A DNA stretch of 15,975 bases, taken from positions 1 through 15,975 of the forward strand of contig JAYTMY010000302.1 in NCBI GenBank assembly GCA_043748535.1. Direction: 5' to 3'. Positions within the stretch are counted from its first letter, which is position 1, and each line of letters begins with the position of its first letter. The notes beneath the pieces were generated by a model. It searched no databases. It saw only the letters and a list, made by a program, of their open reading frames with translations, and was not told where the DNA came from. Below are positions 1 to 7,581 of the stretch, piece by piece. The DNA comes from Lentisphaeraceae bacterium. Its GTDB lineage: Bacteria > Verrucomicrobiota > Lentisphaeria > Lentisphaerales > Lentisphaeraceae. The position numbers and the translations under genes were made by a program.

Positions 1-1
1 C

Positions 2-2347
2 AAAGATGGCTCGCTCTACTGGGTCAGCAGCACCATCGTCCCCTTCCTCAATGCGGAAGGCCGCCCTTACCAGTACGTCGCCATCCGCACCGACATCACC
101 GAGAGGAAACGGACGGAAGAGAGTCTGCACAATTCGCTGCTCTCAGTCAAAAACCTCGAAATGGCCCTCGATGAACACGCCCTGGTGTCCATCGCCGACC
201 CCCAGGGCAAGATCATCTTCGCCAACGACAAGTTCTGCGCCGTCTCCCAATACAGCCGGGAGGAACTCCTCGGCGCCGACCACCGCATCGTCAACTCCCA
301 CCACCACCCGCCAGAATTTTTCCGCCAGCTGTGGGCGTCGCTCAGCGCCGGCAAGACCTGGAAAGGCGACATCTGCAACCGCGCCAAGGACGGCTCACTC
401 TACTGGGTCAGCAGCACTATCGTCCCCTTCCTCAATGCCGAAGGTCGACCCTACCAGTACGTCGCCATCCGCAAAGACATCACCGAACGCAAGCTGATCG
501 AGCAGAAGCTCGAAGCCGCCCTGACCGCCAAGAGCGACTTCCTAGCCACCATGAGCCACGAGATCCGGACGCCGATGAATGGCGTCATTGGCATGGCCGG
601 CATCTTGGTCAAGACCCGCCTCGACCCAGATCAGCGGGAGTGTGCCGAAACCATCCGCTCCTGCGGCGAAAGCCTCCTCACCTTGATCAACGACATCCTC
701 GACTACTCGAAAATCGAAGCCGGCAAACTCGAACTCGAGCAGACCCAGTTCTCGATGCAGATGCTGCTCGATGAAATGCTCGCTCTCTTCTCCGACAGCG
801 CCGAGAAAAAGGGGCTCACACTCAATTATTCAGTTCCCCACAGCCTGCCCAGCCAACTCGTCGGCGACCCCGTCCGAGTCCGCCAGATCCTGATCAATCT
901 CGTCGGCAACGCCCTGAAATTCACCGAGCGCGGCGGCATCGAAGTCCGCATCGGCATCGACGAAATCTGCAACAGCCGCGCCAGCCTCGACATCGCCGTC
1001 ATTGACACTGGCCTGGGCATGAGCCCGGAGCAGGTGCAGCGGATCGGGCAAGCCTTCGTCCAAGCCGACTCCTCGACCACCCGCCGCTACGGCGGCACCG
1101 GCCTCGGCCTGTCGATCAGCAAGCACCTGATCGCCGCCATGAACGGCGAATTGCAGATTAGCTCCAAGCCCGGCGTCGGTTCGACCTTCCAGGTGAAACT
1201 CTCCCTGCCGGTCGGCGTCGACGCCGACGACATCTATCACACTCTCGCCGGCAAGCGTATCTGCGCCGCGATTGCCGATTCACCTTTGCGCCTGCAGGTG
1301 AGCCAGCTGGCGCAGCGCTGGAACCTGCAATTCCGCTGCTTTGCCGATGCTCTGTCGCTGATGCAAGCCCTGCGCACCCCGGAGGAGAAGACGGACCTCA
1401 TCTTTGTCGATCAGCATCTGCCCGGCATCGACGGCCCGATGCTCTGCTCCCTCATCCAACGCGATCCTGCCTTGAGCCGCTTGCCCCTGATCTACAGCTG
1501 CGACGAAGGCCATCAGGACAATCCAGACATCAAGGCCGCCGTGGTCCTGCGCCGCCAAGCGCTCCGCCCCGGCGTCCTGCTCGAAGGCCTCGGCCGGATT
1601 TTCCGGCCCGCCGCTGAGACCAAGCTCAAGACCGCGATCAACCCGATTTCTCGCCTCGGTCGCATCTTGGTGGCCGAAGACAACGCCGTCAACCAGCGGG
1701 TCATCCGCCGCTTCTTGGAAAGCTTCGCCGACAACATTGACATGGCCGTCAACGGCCAGGAAGCGCTGCAGCTCTTCAGGAGCAACCGCTACGACTGCAT
1801 CTTCATGGACTGCCAGATGCCGGAGATGGACGGATTTGACGCGACTCGTATGATTCGCATCCTCGAGCACAAGACGCAAACGCCGCCGGTGATCATCGTC
1901 GCCCTCACCGCCAACGCCTTGAGCGGCGACCGCGAACGCTGCCTCGCCGCCGGGATGAGCGAATACCTCAGCAAACCCCTGCGCTTTGATGATCTGAAAG
2001 CCTTCTTCGCACGGGTCTTCCCTGGTGGAGGCAGCGTCAGCCCGGATAGACTCGATCAATTCTTCGCCGCTGAGGACATTCGCGAAATCCGCGTCCTAGC
2101 TCTTGAGACCTTCGAGTCCGAAAGCCTGAAAGCTTCGGAAGCCTTTAGCGGGCAGAATTACAAATGGCTCGGCCAGGCGGCCCACAACATTAAATCCGTC
2201 GCCGCCACCTTCAACTTCGACCGTCTCGCCGAAGTCTCACAATCCCTGGACGCTGCCGCCCGAGCAGGCGATCAGACTGGGATCGCCGAGATCTTCCCGC
2301 TCTGGCACGCCAGCCTGGGCGAAGCCATCGCGGAGCTGAAGAGCTGA
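2..2347 (+). CDS. Hybrid sensor histidine kinase / response regulator with C-terminal HPt domain. 5'-partial: the reading frame is open from nt 2, so the gene starts upstream of the window.
   Basis: Frame 2 has no stop from nt 2 to the TGA at 2345-2347, so the ATG at 161 listed in the ORF track is an internal Met. A PAS-like segment (…SIADPQGKIIFANDKFCAVSQYSREELLGADHRIV…KDGSLYWVSSTIVPFLNAEGRPYQYVAIRKDITERK) is preceded by a near-identical PAS C-terminal segment at nt 2-106. HisKA H-box MSHEIRTPMNGVIGM. HATPase N-box LINLVGNALKFTERGG, G-boxes VIDTGLGMS and GGTGLGLSISKHL. Two receiver-like modules (…DLIFVDQHLPGIDG… and ILVAEDNAVNQ…DCIFMDCQMPEMDGFDATRMIR…LSKP). HPt-like C-terminus (HNIKSVAATFNFDRLAEVSQSLD). 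Confidence 0.9.
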   Translation, partial: KDGSLYWVSSTIVPFLNAEGRPYQYVAIRTDITERKRTEESLHNSLLSVKNLEMALDEHALVSIADPQGKIIFANDKFCAVSQYSREELLGADHRIVNSHHHPPEFFRQLWASLSAGKTWKGDICNRAKDGSLYWVSSTIVPFLNAEGRPYQYVAIRKDITERKLIEQKLEAALTAKSDFLATMSHEIRTPMNGVIGMAGILVKTRLDPDQRECAETIRSCGESLLTLINDILDYSKIEAGKLELEQTQFSMQMLLDEMLALFSDSAEKKGLTLNYSVPHSLPSQLVGDPVRVRQILINLVGNALKFTERGGIEVRIGIDEICNSRASLDIAVIDTGLGMSPEQVQRIGQAFVQADSSTTRRYGGTGLGLSISKHLIAAMNGELQISSKPGVGSTFQVKLSLPVGVDADDIYHTLAGKRICAAIADSPLRLQVSQLAQRWNLQFRCFADALSLMQALRTPEEKTDLIFVDQHLPGIDGPMLCSLIQRDPALSRLPLIYSCDEGHQDNPDIKAAVVLRRQALRPGVLLEGLGRIFRPAAETKLKTAINPISRLGRILVAEDNAVNQRVIRRFLESFADNIDMAVNGQEALQLFRSNRYDCIFMDCQMPEMDGFDATRMIRILEHKTQTPPVIIVALTANALSGDRERCLAAGMSEYLSKPLRFDDLKAFFARVFPGGGSVSPDRLDQFFAAEDIREIRVLALETFESESLKASEAFSGQNYKWLGQAAHNIKSVAATFNFDRLAEVSQSLDAAARAGDQTGIAEIFPLWHASLGEAIAELKS

Positions 2348-2363
2348 CCCTCGCCAAAACACA

Positions 2364-2402
2364 GAAAACGCCGCCGCGATGTGATCGCGGCGGCGTTGTT
2401 TA
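2364..2402. terminator. Bidirectional intrinsic terminator hairpin between the convergent kinase and DUF4340-like genes.
   Basis: Perfect 13-bp GC-rich inverted repeat acgccgccgcgat / atcgcggcggcgt (2368-2380 and 2384-2396) with loop gtg. It is flanked by aaaa on the left and tgttt on the right, which gives a U-tract on either strand. It lies 21 nt after the + strand stop and about 20 nt after the - strand stop. Confidence 0.5.
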
Positions 2403-2416
2403 CGCTCGTCCCTGGA

Positions 2417-3880
2417 TCAGGGAGCGGCAGGTGCCGGAGCCGGGACAGGCGCACCGGGCAGAGGCGGCAAGTTCAAGGCGCCGGGGACTTTCACCGGAGC
2501 CTTGGCCTTGCACAGCTTTTCCAGCTTCGGCCGGACGCTGTCAAAGCTGTCGCCGGGGATGACGTAGTACCAGTCAGCGAAGCGGCGGTTCTGCGCTTCG
2601 GCCTTCTCCTTGGCTTCCTTCACATCGCGCTCCCAGATCAACTTGGCGTTTTTCGCCGTCTCCCAAGTGGCGAAGGCCGCGTCGTAAGCGGTCTTCTCTT
2701 CCGGCTTGGCGCCTTCCGCGAGTTTCTTCGGCTCTTCTGGCACAGCGGGCGCCGGGAAGAGACTGTCGTTGAAGGCGCAGTTGACGAAGAGATAGCGGTT
2801 GGCCGAGCCTTGCGGCTTGACCTCCTTGCCGTCTTTGTCCTTGGCCAGGGCGGCGGCGCTGCCAGCGTCCGAGGGGTCGCCGTAGAAGACTGCGCCGAAG
2901 CGCAGGGTGTAGGTGACGCCTTTGCTGGTGGCGACGGTGAACTCGCCTTCGTTGGACATCAGGCCCTGCTCGGTGACGAAGAAGCCGCGGCTCTGCAGAT
3001 CGCCCGCTTCTGCTTGACTGAGACCGCCCTTTTCACCCTTGAGGATGGCAGCCAGTTTTGCCGGCTTGGGGCGGACGCTGACCAGGCGGAGCTGGGTCAG
3101 AGCTTGACTCACAGCGTCGACGGCGGTGGAGTCGATCTCCATGCCTTCCGGCGCCGTAATGCCAGCGCCGAATTTCCAGGCTTGATCTTGATGCTCGAGG
3201 CGGTAGCCGCCCTTCGATTTGATCGCGCCGGAGTCAATCGAGTAGTCGCGCAACTCCATCGCCTGCAGGTCGCCTTGGCCGATCTTCAGCAGATCGGTGT
3301 CGACCCAGTCGCCGAAGTTGGTGGAGACCTGGGCATCGGTCTTGACGGCGTAGGTTTTCGACTCGCCGGTGACGCGTACATAACGCCAACCGGGGCGGTT
3401 CTCGAGTTCCTTGCCGAAGATGTAGCTGGCAAGCTTGGCGCCACGGCCGTCTTTGAGGGTGAATTGAATGCCGCGGCCGCTGATGGTCTTGGCATTGAGG
3501 TCGGCGGGATCGACGACACCGAGCTCGACGAAGTCACCGGGGCGGTCGGAACGGATTTCGTTCTTGACCAGGCCGACGACTTGTGAGGCGGCGGTCTTCA
3601 GGCGTTCCTTGGCATCGGCCGGGTAGCCGTAGTGGCTGGGGAGCGACCAGCGGCCGTCTTTGAGCTCGACTTTGAAGTTCTTGAACTGGCCGCTCTTCTC
3701 ATCGAAGCTGACCACTTCCAAGCTGCTCGCGGCAGTCGGATCTTTGAACTCGGCGAAGAAGGGCTGGCCGAGGTCGGAGAAGGCCGCGGTTTCACCCTGG
3801 CTGGGGTTGAGGAAGACGGCGGCGGCGAGGGCACTGCCAGCGAGGGCGGCAAAGCACAGGGTTTTGAGGGATTCGCTCAT
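2417..3880 (-). CDS. Secreted/periplasmic protein, probably a DUF4340-family protein of the kind commonly encoded after gldG-type ABC auxiliary genes.
   Basis: 486 aa. N-terminal signal peptide (MSESLKTLCFAALAGSALAAAVFLNP). Pro/Ala-rich C-terminal tail (…LPPLPGAPVPAPAPAAP). Start ATG lies 2 nt after the stop of the upstream permease/GldG gene (TGATCATG), so the two are translationally linked. The family call rests on conserved operon context (ABC ATPase, ABC-2 permease, GldG, DUF4340) recalled from memory; I have not verified a motif. Confidence 0.55.
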   Translation of the reverse strand: MSESLKTLCFAALAGSALAAAVFLNPSQGETAAFSDLGQPFFAEFKDPTAASSLEVVSFDEKSGQFKNFKVELKDGRWSLPSHYGYPADAKERLKTAASQVVGLVKNEIRSDRPGDFVELGVVDPADLNAKTISGRGIQFTLKDGRGAKLASYIFGKELENRPGWRYVRVTGESKTYAVKTDAQVSTNFGDWVDTDLLKIGQGDLQAMELRDYSIDSGAIKSKGGYRLEHQDQAWKFGAGITAPEGMEIDSTAVDAVSQALTQLRLVSVRPKPAKLAAILKGEKGGLSQAEAGDLQSRGFFVTEQGLMSNEGEFTVATSKGVTYTLRFGAVFYGDPSDAGSAAALAKDKDGKEVKPQGSANRYLFVNCAFNDSLFPAPAVPEEPKKLAEGAKPEEKTAYDAAFATWETAKNAKLIWERDVKEAKEKAEAQNRRFADWYYVIPGDSFDSVRPKLEKLCKAKAPVKVPGALNLPPLPGAPVPAPAPAAP

Positions 3881-3882
3881 GA

Positions 3883-6543
3883 TCAGTTGACTCCGCGAAG
3901 ACGGTTGGCGGGGGCGCCGCTGGATTCGCGGCGACGACGGGAAATGAGAATGAAGAGGCCGAAAATCACCGGCACCAGGGGCGGCAGGACGGCGGCGGCA
4001 AGACGGACTCGGGTGCGACGGTCTTCCATCACGGTCTCGACATCAGCGCGGGATTTTTCGACCCGCGCGGCGGCGGCCATTTCGATGTCGACGCGGCGCA
4101 TCTCGAGGAGGCGCTGCTGGTAGGACTGGGTCTGCTCCAGTTGCATCTGTTTCTCTTCGTCTTTCAGGTCCTTGCGGGTGCTGACTGCGGTGACCGCATC
4201 ATCGAGCTGTTTCTGGGCTTCGGCGATGGCCTTCATGGTCTCGCCTTCGGATTGCAGGCGGATGCCGTCGAGGGCTTTTTCCTGATCCTTGCGGCGCGCT
4301 TCGAACCAGGCGAGATTGCGCTGCTTCGGCCGCTTCTTACGGAGGTCGAGGAAGGATTCATCGCCGGCGAGGGAGTCGATGGCATTGAAGAAGAAGGCGA
4401 AGTTATCGAAGTCCAGCTCGCGGTTTTCGGCGCGCATCTGGAAGATCGGGTCGGCCATGAAGTCGAGGTCGGCGATGACGACGCAATCGACGGCTTTTCC
4501 TTGATCGCCCGAGCCAGTGAGGCGGGCGGCGAAGCAGGGGGCTTCCGAAGTGGCGGCGCGGCGGACGCGCTCGCCCGGTTGCTTCATCCGGGGCTGCCCC
4601 ATCATGGCGCCTTCCATCAGTTCGCTGCAAGGGGTCAAAGTCATGACCCCGCCGCCGGCATTGAGCAGGGGCTCGAACTTCATTTTGGAGCCTTCAGCCA
4701 GCTTCAGGCTGCCAGGGTAGAAGAGCACCATTTCCTGCAAGGAGGAACTGATCTTCGGAGTTTCGGCGAAGCTGTTGAAGTCTTCACCGCGACCGAGGAA
4801 GAGGTATTCCGGCGGCAGTTGTTTGAACTGCGGGTGCGGATTCCAGGTGTTGCCGGCGACGAGATCTTTGTGGACGGTCATGCCGATCTTGCGGAAGAAG
4901 GCTTCGATGTCGCCTTTCGGGGCGGGCGGCTGGCCGCGGGGATCGGGCATGTCGGCCATGAAGGGCGACAGCTTCATTTGCAGAACGCTCAAGGGGTCTT
5001 GCAAAAGCAGGCTGCGGCCGCCGCCGAGGATGTGGCTGGCGAGGCGGTCGAGCTCGGGCTGGCCGAGGGTCGAAGGCTGGACCACGAGGAGGACATCGAG
5101 ATCGGCCGGGTAGGGCGAGGCGGGATCGACTTCCATAACCTGGTATTGCTTGTCGAGTTCGCTCGCCATCTGCCAGGCGGGGGTGCTCTGGAAGGTCTGG
5201 TAGTTCATGCCGCCGCGGATATTGGCTTCGGTGCGAAGCAGACCGAGCTTCTTGCGTTCGGTGACCGAAGCGGTGCGGATCGAGTGGGCCAGCTCATACT
5301 CGAGCGGCAGGGCCGGACCGACGAAGGGAATGACCCGTTGCTGCGCGCCGGAGGAGATGGCGACGCCAAGGAAGACCTGGCTGAGATTGACCGCGCCGCT
5401 GCTGGCATCTTGGATCGAGCGGGCTTCGATGCTGAAGCGGTCCTTGGCCTCTTTCGCCGCCGGAGTGTTCACTTCGGTGTCGACAATGCGAACCTGAACC
5501 TTGCCCTTGCTCATCGCCTGCATTTCGCGCAGGGTGGAGAGGAGCTGTTCACGCACCGGGGCGACCATGCCGGGCACCTTGGGCGAGACAAAGGCCTCGA
5601 CCAGGACGGGGCGTTTCAGATCCCCCAGGAGATCGTGGGTCACCGGCGACAGCGAGTGGATCTTCTCGGCGCTGAGGTCGAGGCGGGCGGGGAATTTGCG
5701 CAAGATGGCGCCGACAGCCGCGAGGGCGAGGAAGACGAAGGCGACGCGCAGGGCGTAGTGCAGGCCGAGGCCGGCCGAGGCGGCATTGCCGTTAGCCCAG
5801 TGGCGACGCGCCAGCAAAATGCGGGCGACGTAGAGCATCAAGGCGGCGCAGCCGAGGAAGCCGAGCAGGGCCTTGAGCGACAAGACGCCCGAGCTGACTT
5901 CCTGGAAGAGCGGCGACAAGCCGGAATCGCGGCCAAAGCCGCTGCGGTCGAGGAAGGCCGCCAGCGAGGGGATGGAGCCGGCGGCAGTGGCGAGATAGCC
6001 GGTGCTCAGCAAGGCGCCGTTGATGGCGACGCCGAGGATGAAGGCGACCGTCGCATTGCTGCTCAGGATCGAGGCGACCAGGCCGGCGGCGATCATCGCG
6101 GCGCCAAGCAGGAAGTAGCCGAGGAAGGAAGCGAAGATCAGGCCCGGATCGGGACTGCCGACGAAGCCGAGAACCGGCAGGATCAAGGCGGAGAAGAGGA
6201 GCGCGACCCCAAGCGTGGCGAGCAAGCCGAGGTATTTGCCGAGGACGACGTCGCCGTCGCGAGCCGGCAGGGTGAGGAGATATTCCTCCGTGCCTTGGCG
6301 TTTCTCTTCCGCCCAGGCGTGCATGGTCAGCACCGGAACGAAGAAGAGCAGCAGCATCGGCATGGCGCGGTTCAGCGGCGCCAGATCGGCGATGTTGTCG
6401 AGGAAGAATCGGCCGTCACCCCAGAACTGCGCGAAGGCGCAGGCCGCAGTGAAAAGCGTGGTGAAGACATAGGCCGCCGGACTGGTGAAGAAGGCGCCCA
6501 CCTGACGGCGGAAGAGGGCGGCGATGACGCGGGTTTGGGACAT
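3883..6543 (-). CDS. Fused ABC-2 family permease (N-terminal, about 6 TM helices) and GldG-like ABC-transporter auxiliary domain, with a C-terminal TM anchor.
   Basis: 886 aa. N-terminus MSQTRVIAALFRRQVGAFFTSPAAYVFTTLF… is typical of ABC-2 permeases, followed by multiple hydrophobic helices. A large extracytoplasmic domain of about 580 aa follows. Near the C-terminus there is a coiled-coil-like stretch, then a TM helix (LAAAVLPPLVPVIFGLFILISRRRR). This layout matches GldF+GldG fused in one polypeptide. It sits directly downstream of an ABC ATPase gene. Confidence 0.8.
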   Translation of the reverse strand: MSQTRVIAALFRRQVGAFFTSPAAYVFTTLFTAACAFAQFWGDGRFFLDNIADLAPLNRAMPMLLLFFVPVLTMHAWAEEKRQGTEEYLLTLPARDGDVVLGKYLGLLATLGVALLFSALILPVLGFVGSPDPGLIFASFLGYFLLGAAMIAAGLVASILSSNATVAFILGVAINGALLSTGYLATAAGSIPSLAAFLDRSGFGRDSGLSPLFQEVSSGVLSLKALLGFLGCAALMLYVARILLARRHWANGNAASAGLGLHYALRVAFVFLALAAVGAILRKFPARLDLSAEKIHSLSPVTHDLLGDLKRPVLVEAFVSPKVPGMVAPVREQLLSTLREMQAMSKGKVQVRIVDTEVNTPAAKEAKDRFSIEARSIQDASSGAVNLSQVFLGVAISSGAQQRVIPFVGPALPLEYELAHSIRTASVTERKKLGLLRTEANIRGGMNYQTFQSTPAWQMASELDKQYQVMEVDPASPYPADLDVLLVVQPSTLGQPELDRLASHILGGGRSLLLQDPLSVLQMKLSPFMADMPDPRGQPPAPKGDIEAFFRKIGMTVHKDLVAGNTWNPHPQFKQLPPEYLFLGRGEDFNSFAETPKISSSLQEMVLFYPGSLKLAEGSKMKFEPLLNAGGGVMTLTPCSELMEGAMMGQPRMKQPGERVRRAATSEAPCFAARLTGSGDQGKAVDCVVIADLDFMADPIFQMRAENRELDFDNFAFFFNAIDSLAGDESFLDLRKKRPKQRNLAWFEARRKDQEKALDGIRLQSEGETMKAIAEAQKQLDDAVTAVSTRKDLKDEEKQMQLEQTQSYQQRLLEMRRVDIEMAAAARVEKSRADVETVMEDRRTRVRLAAAVLPPLVPVIFGLFILISRRRRESSGAPANRLRGVN

Positions 6544-6592
6544 TTTTGAGCTCAGTAAAGAGGTTAAGTGGTAAAGAAGTAAAGGTGAAGCC

Positions 6593-7312
6593 TTAGGCCT
6601 TGGCGGCGGTCAGCTGATGGAAGACCTCGTCGAGGTTCGGGCCTTTGGCCTTGAGCTCTTGCACGGAGCCGTCGAAGACGAGGCGGCCGGCGTTGACCAG
6701 CAGGACGCGGGAGGCCATGGCTTCGACTTCTTGGAGGATGTGGGTGGAGAGCAGGATGGTCTTGGTCTTGGCCAACCGAGCGATGAGCTCGCGGACGCTG
6801 CGGATCTGATTTGGATCGAGGCCGGAGGTCGGCTCGTCGAGGATCAGCACTTCCGGATCGTGGAGGAGCGCCTGGGCCATGCCGACGCGCTGGCGGAAGC
6901 CCTTCGACAACTTGCCGCAGGGCTTGTGCAGGACTTCTTCGAGGTGGCAAGAGTCGACGACGCGGTCAATCGCTTCCTGAACCTTGTCGAGCCCGCGGAT
7001 ATCGGCGGCGAAACGCAGCGATTCCAGCGGCGTCATGTCGAGGTAGAGCGGGCCGTTTTCGGGCAGGTAGCCGAGGCGGCTGGCGCCGGCGATCCGGTCG
7101 TTCTGCATGTCGTGCCCGGCGATGCGGCTGGCGCCTGCCGAGGGGGCGAGGAAGCCGGTGAGCAGCTTCATCGTCGTCGACTTGCCAGCGCCGTTGGGGC
7201 CGAGGAAGGCCGCCACTTGGCCACGCGGTATGCTGAAGCTGATCTGCTCCACCGCCGTGAACTGGCCGTAGTATTTGCTGAGCCCTTCGGCTCGGATCAT
7301 TTCTTCACTCAT
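6593..7312 (-). CDS. ABC transporter ATP-binding protein (GldA/CcmA-like ABC-2 subfamily ATPase).
   Basis: 239 aa. Walker A GPNGAGKST, Q-loop, ABC signature LSKGFRQRVGMAQAL, Walker B LILDEPTSGLD, H-loop LLSTHIL. SD-like AGGAGC about 9 nt upstream of the ATG at 7312. Confidence 0.92.
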   Translation of the reverse strand: MSEEMIRAEGLSKYYGQFTAVEQISFSIPRGQVAAFLGPNGAGKSTTMKLLTGFLAPSAGASRIAGHDMQNDRIAGASRLGYLPENGPLYLDMTPLESLRFAADIRGLDKVQEAIDRVVDSCHLEEVLHKPCGKLSKGFRQRVGMAQALLHDPEVLILDEPTSGLDPNQIRSVRELIARLAKTKTILLSTHILQEVEAMASRVLLVNAGRLVFDGSVQELKAKGPNLDEVFHQLTAAKA

Positions 7313-7581
7313 GTTCTTCTATGCTCCTGTTGGGAAAAGTACGGACGCATCTTATCCGGGCTCGCCAGTCCGGCAAACCCCCGTCCAAGTGTTTAAGGAC
7401 GATTGACAAAGAAACTTGTTGCATGGGTCAAGATGAATTTTCGGTCAGAAGTCGCCCTCGATTCTCAAGTTTTTCCAAACTCGTAAGGATCGAACAGCAA
7501 AAAAGATTTGGCATTCGGGGACAAGAGGGAGTATGATGTGGAAGCTGACTTGTGAAATTGAAACTGAACTGGAGAATGAAC
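7313..7581. promoter_or_regulatory. Divergent intergenic region, AT-richer than its flanks. It presumably carries the promoters of the ABC/GldG operon (-) and the flotillin gene (+). No convincing sigma70 -10 element was found.
   Basis: 269 bp non-coding between divergent starts. TTGACA hexamer at 7403-7408 sits inside a loosely palindromic TTGAC…N19…GTCAA element (7403-7431). Strong SD-like GAGGGAG at 7525-7531. Confidence 0.3.

Noticed and set aside
6-774. ORFs 6-497 (+), 67-387 (-) and 331-774 (+)
   Set aside because: Off-frame or antisense within the histidine-kinase PAS region. Frame 2 gives clean PAS/HisKA homology.
2381-4123. ORFs 2381-3586 (+, 401 aa) and 3632-4123 (+, 163 aa)
   Set aside because: Antisense to the DUF4340-like and permease genes, which have a signal peptide and operon coupling. 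No motifs.
4141-6549. 802-aa ORF on the + strand
   Set aside because: It is antisense to the well-supported permease/GldG gene. The translation is low-complexity Gly/Glu/Ala/Arg/Asp-rich with no motifs. This is the typical mirror ORF of high-GC coding DNA.
6564-7396. ORFs 6617-7396 (+), 6811-7161 (+) and 6564-6950 (-)
   Set aside because: They overlap the ABC ATPase gene on the wrong strand or frame. No motifs.
7321-7536. 71-aa ORF upstream of flotillin
   Set aside because: It lies in the AT-richer divergent promoter region. It has no SD, and its composition is unlike coding sequence in this genome. I treat it as non-coding.
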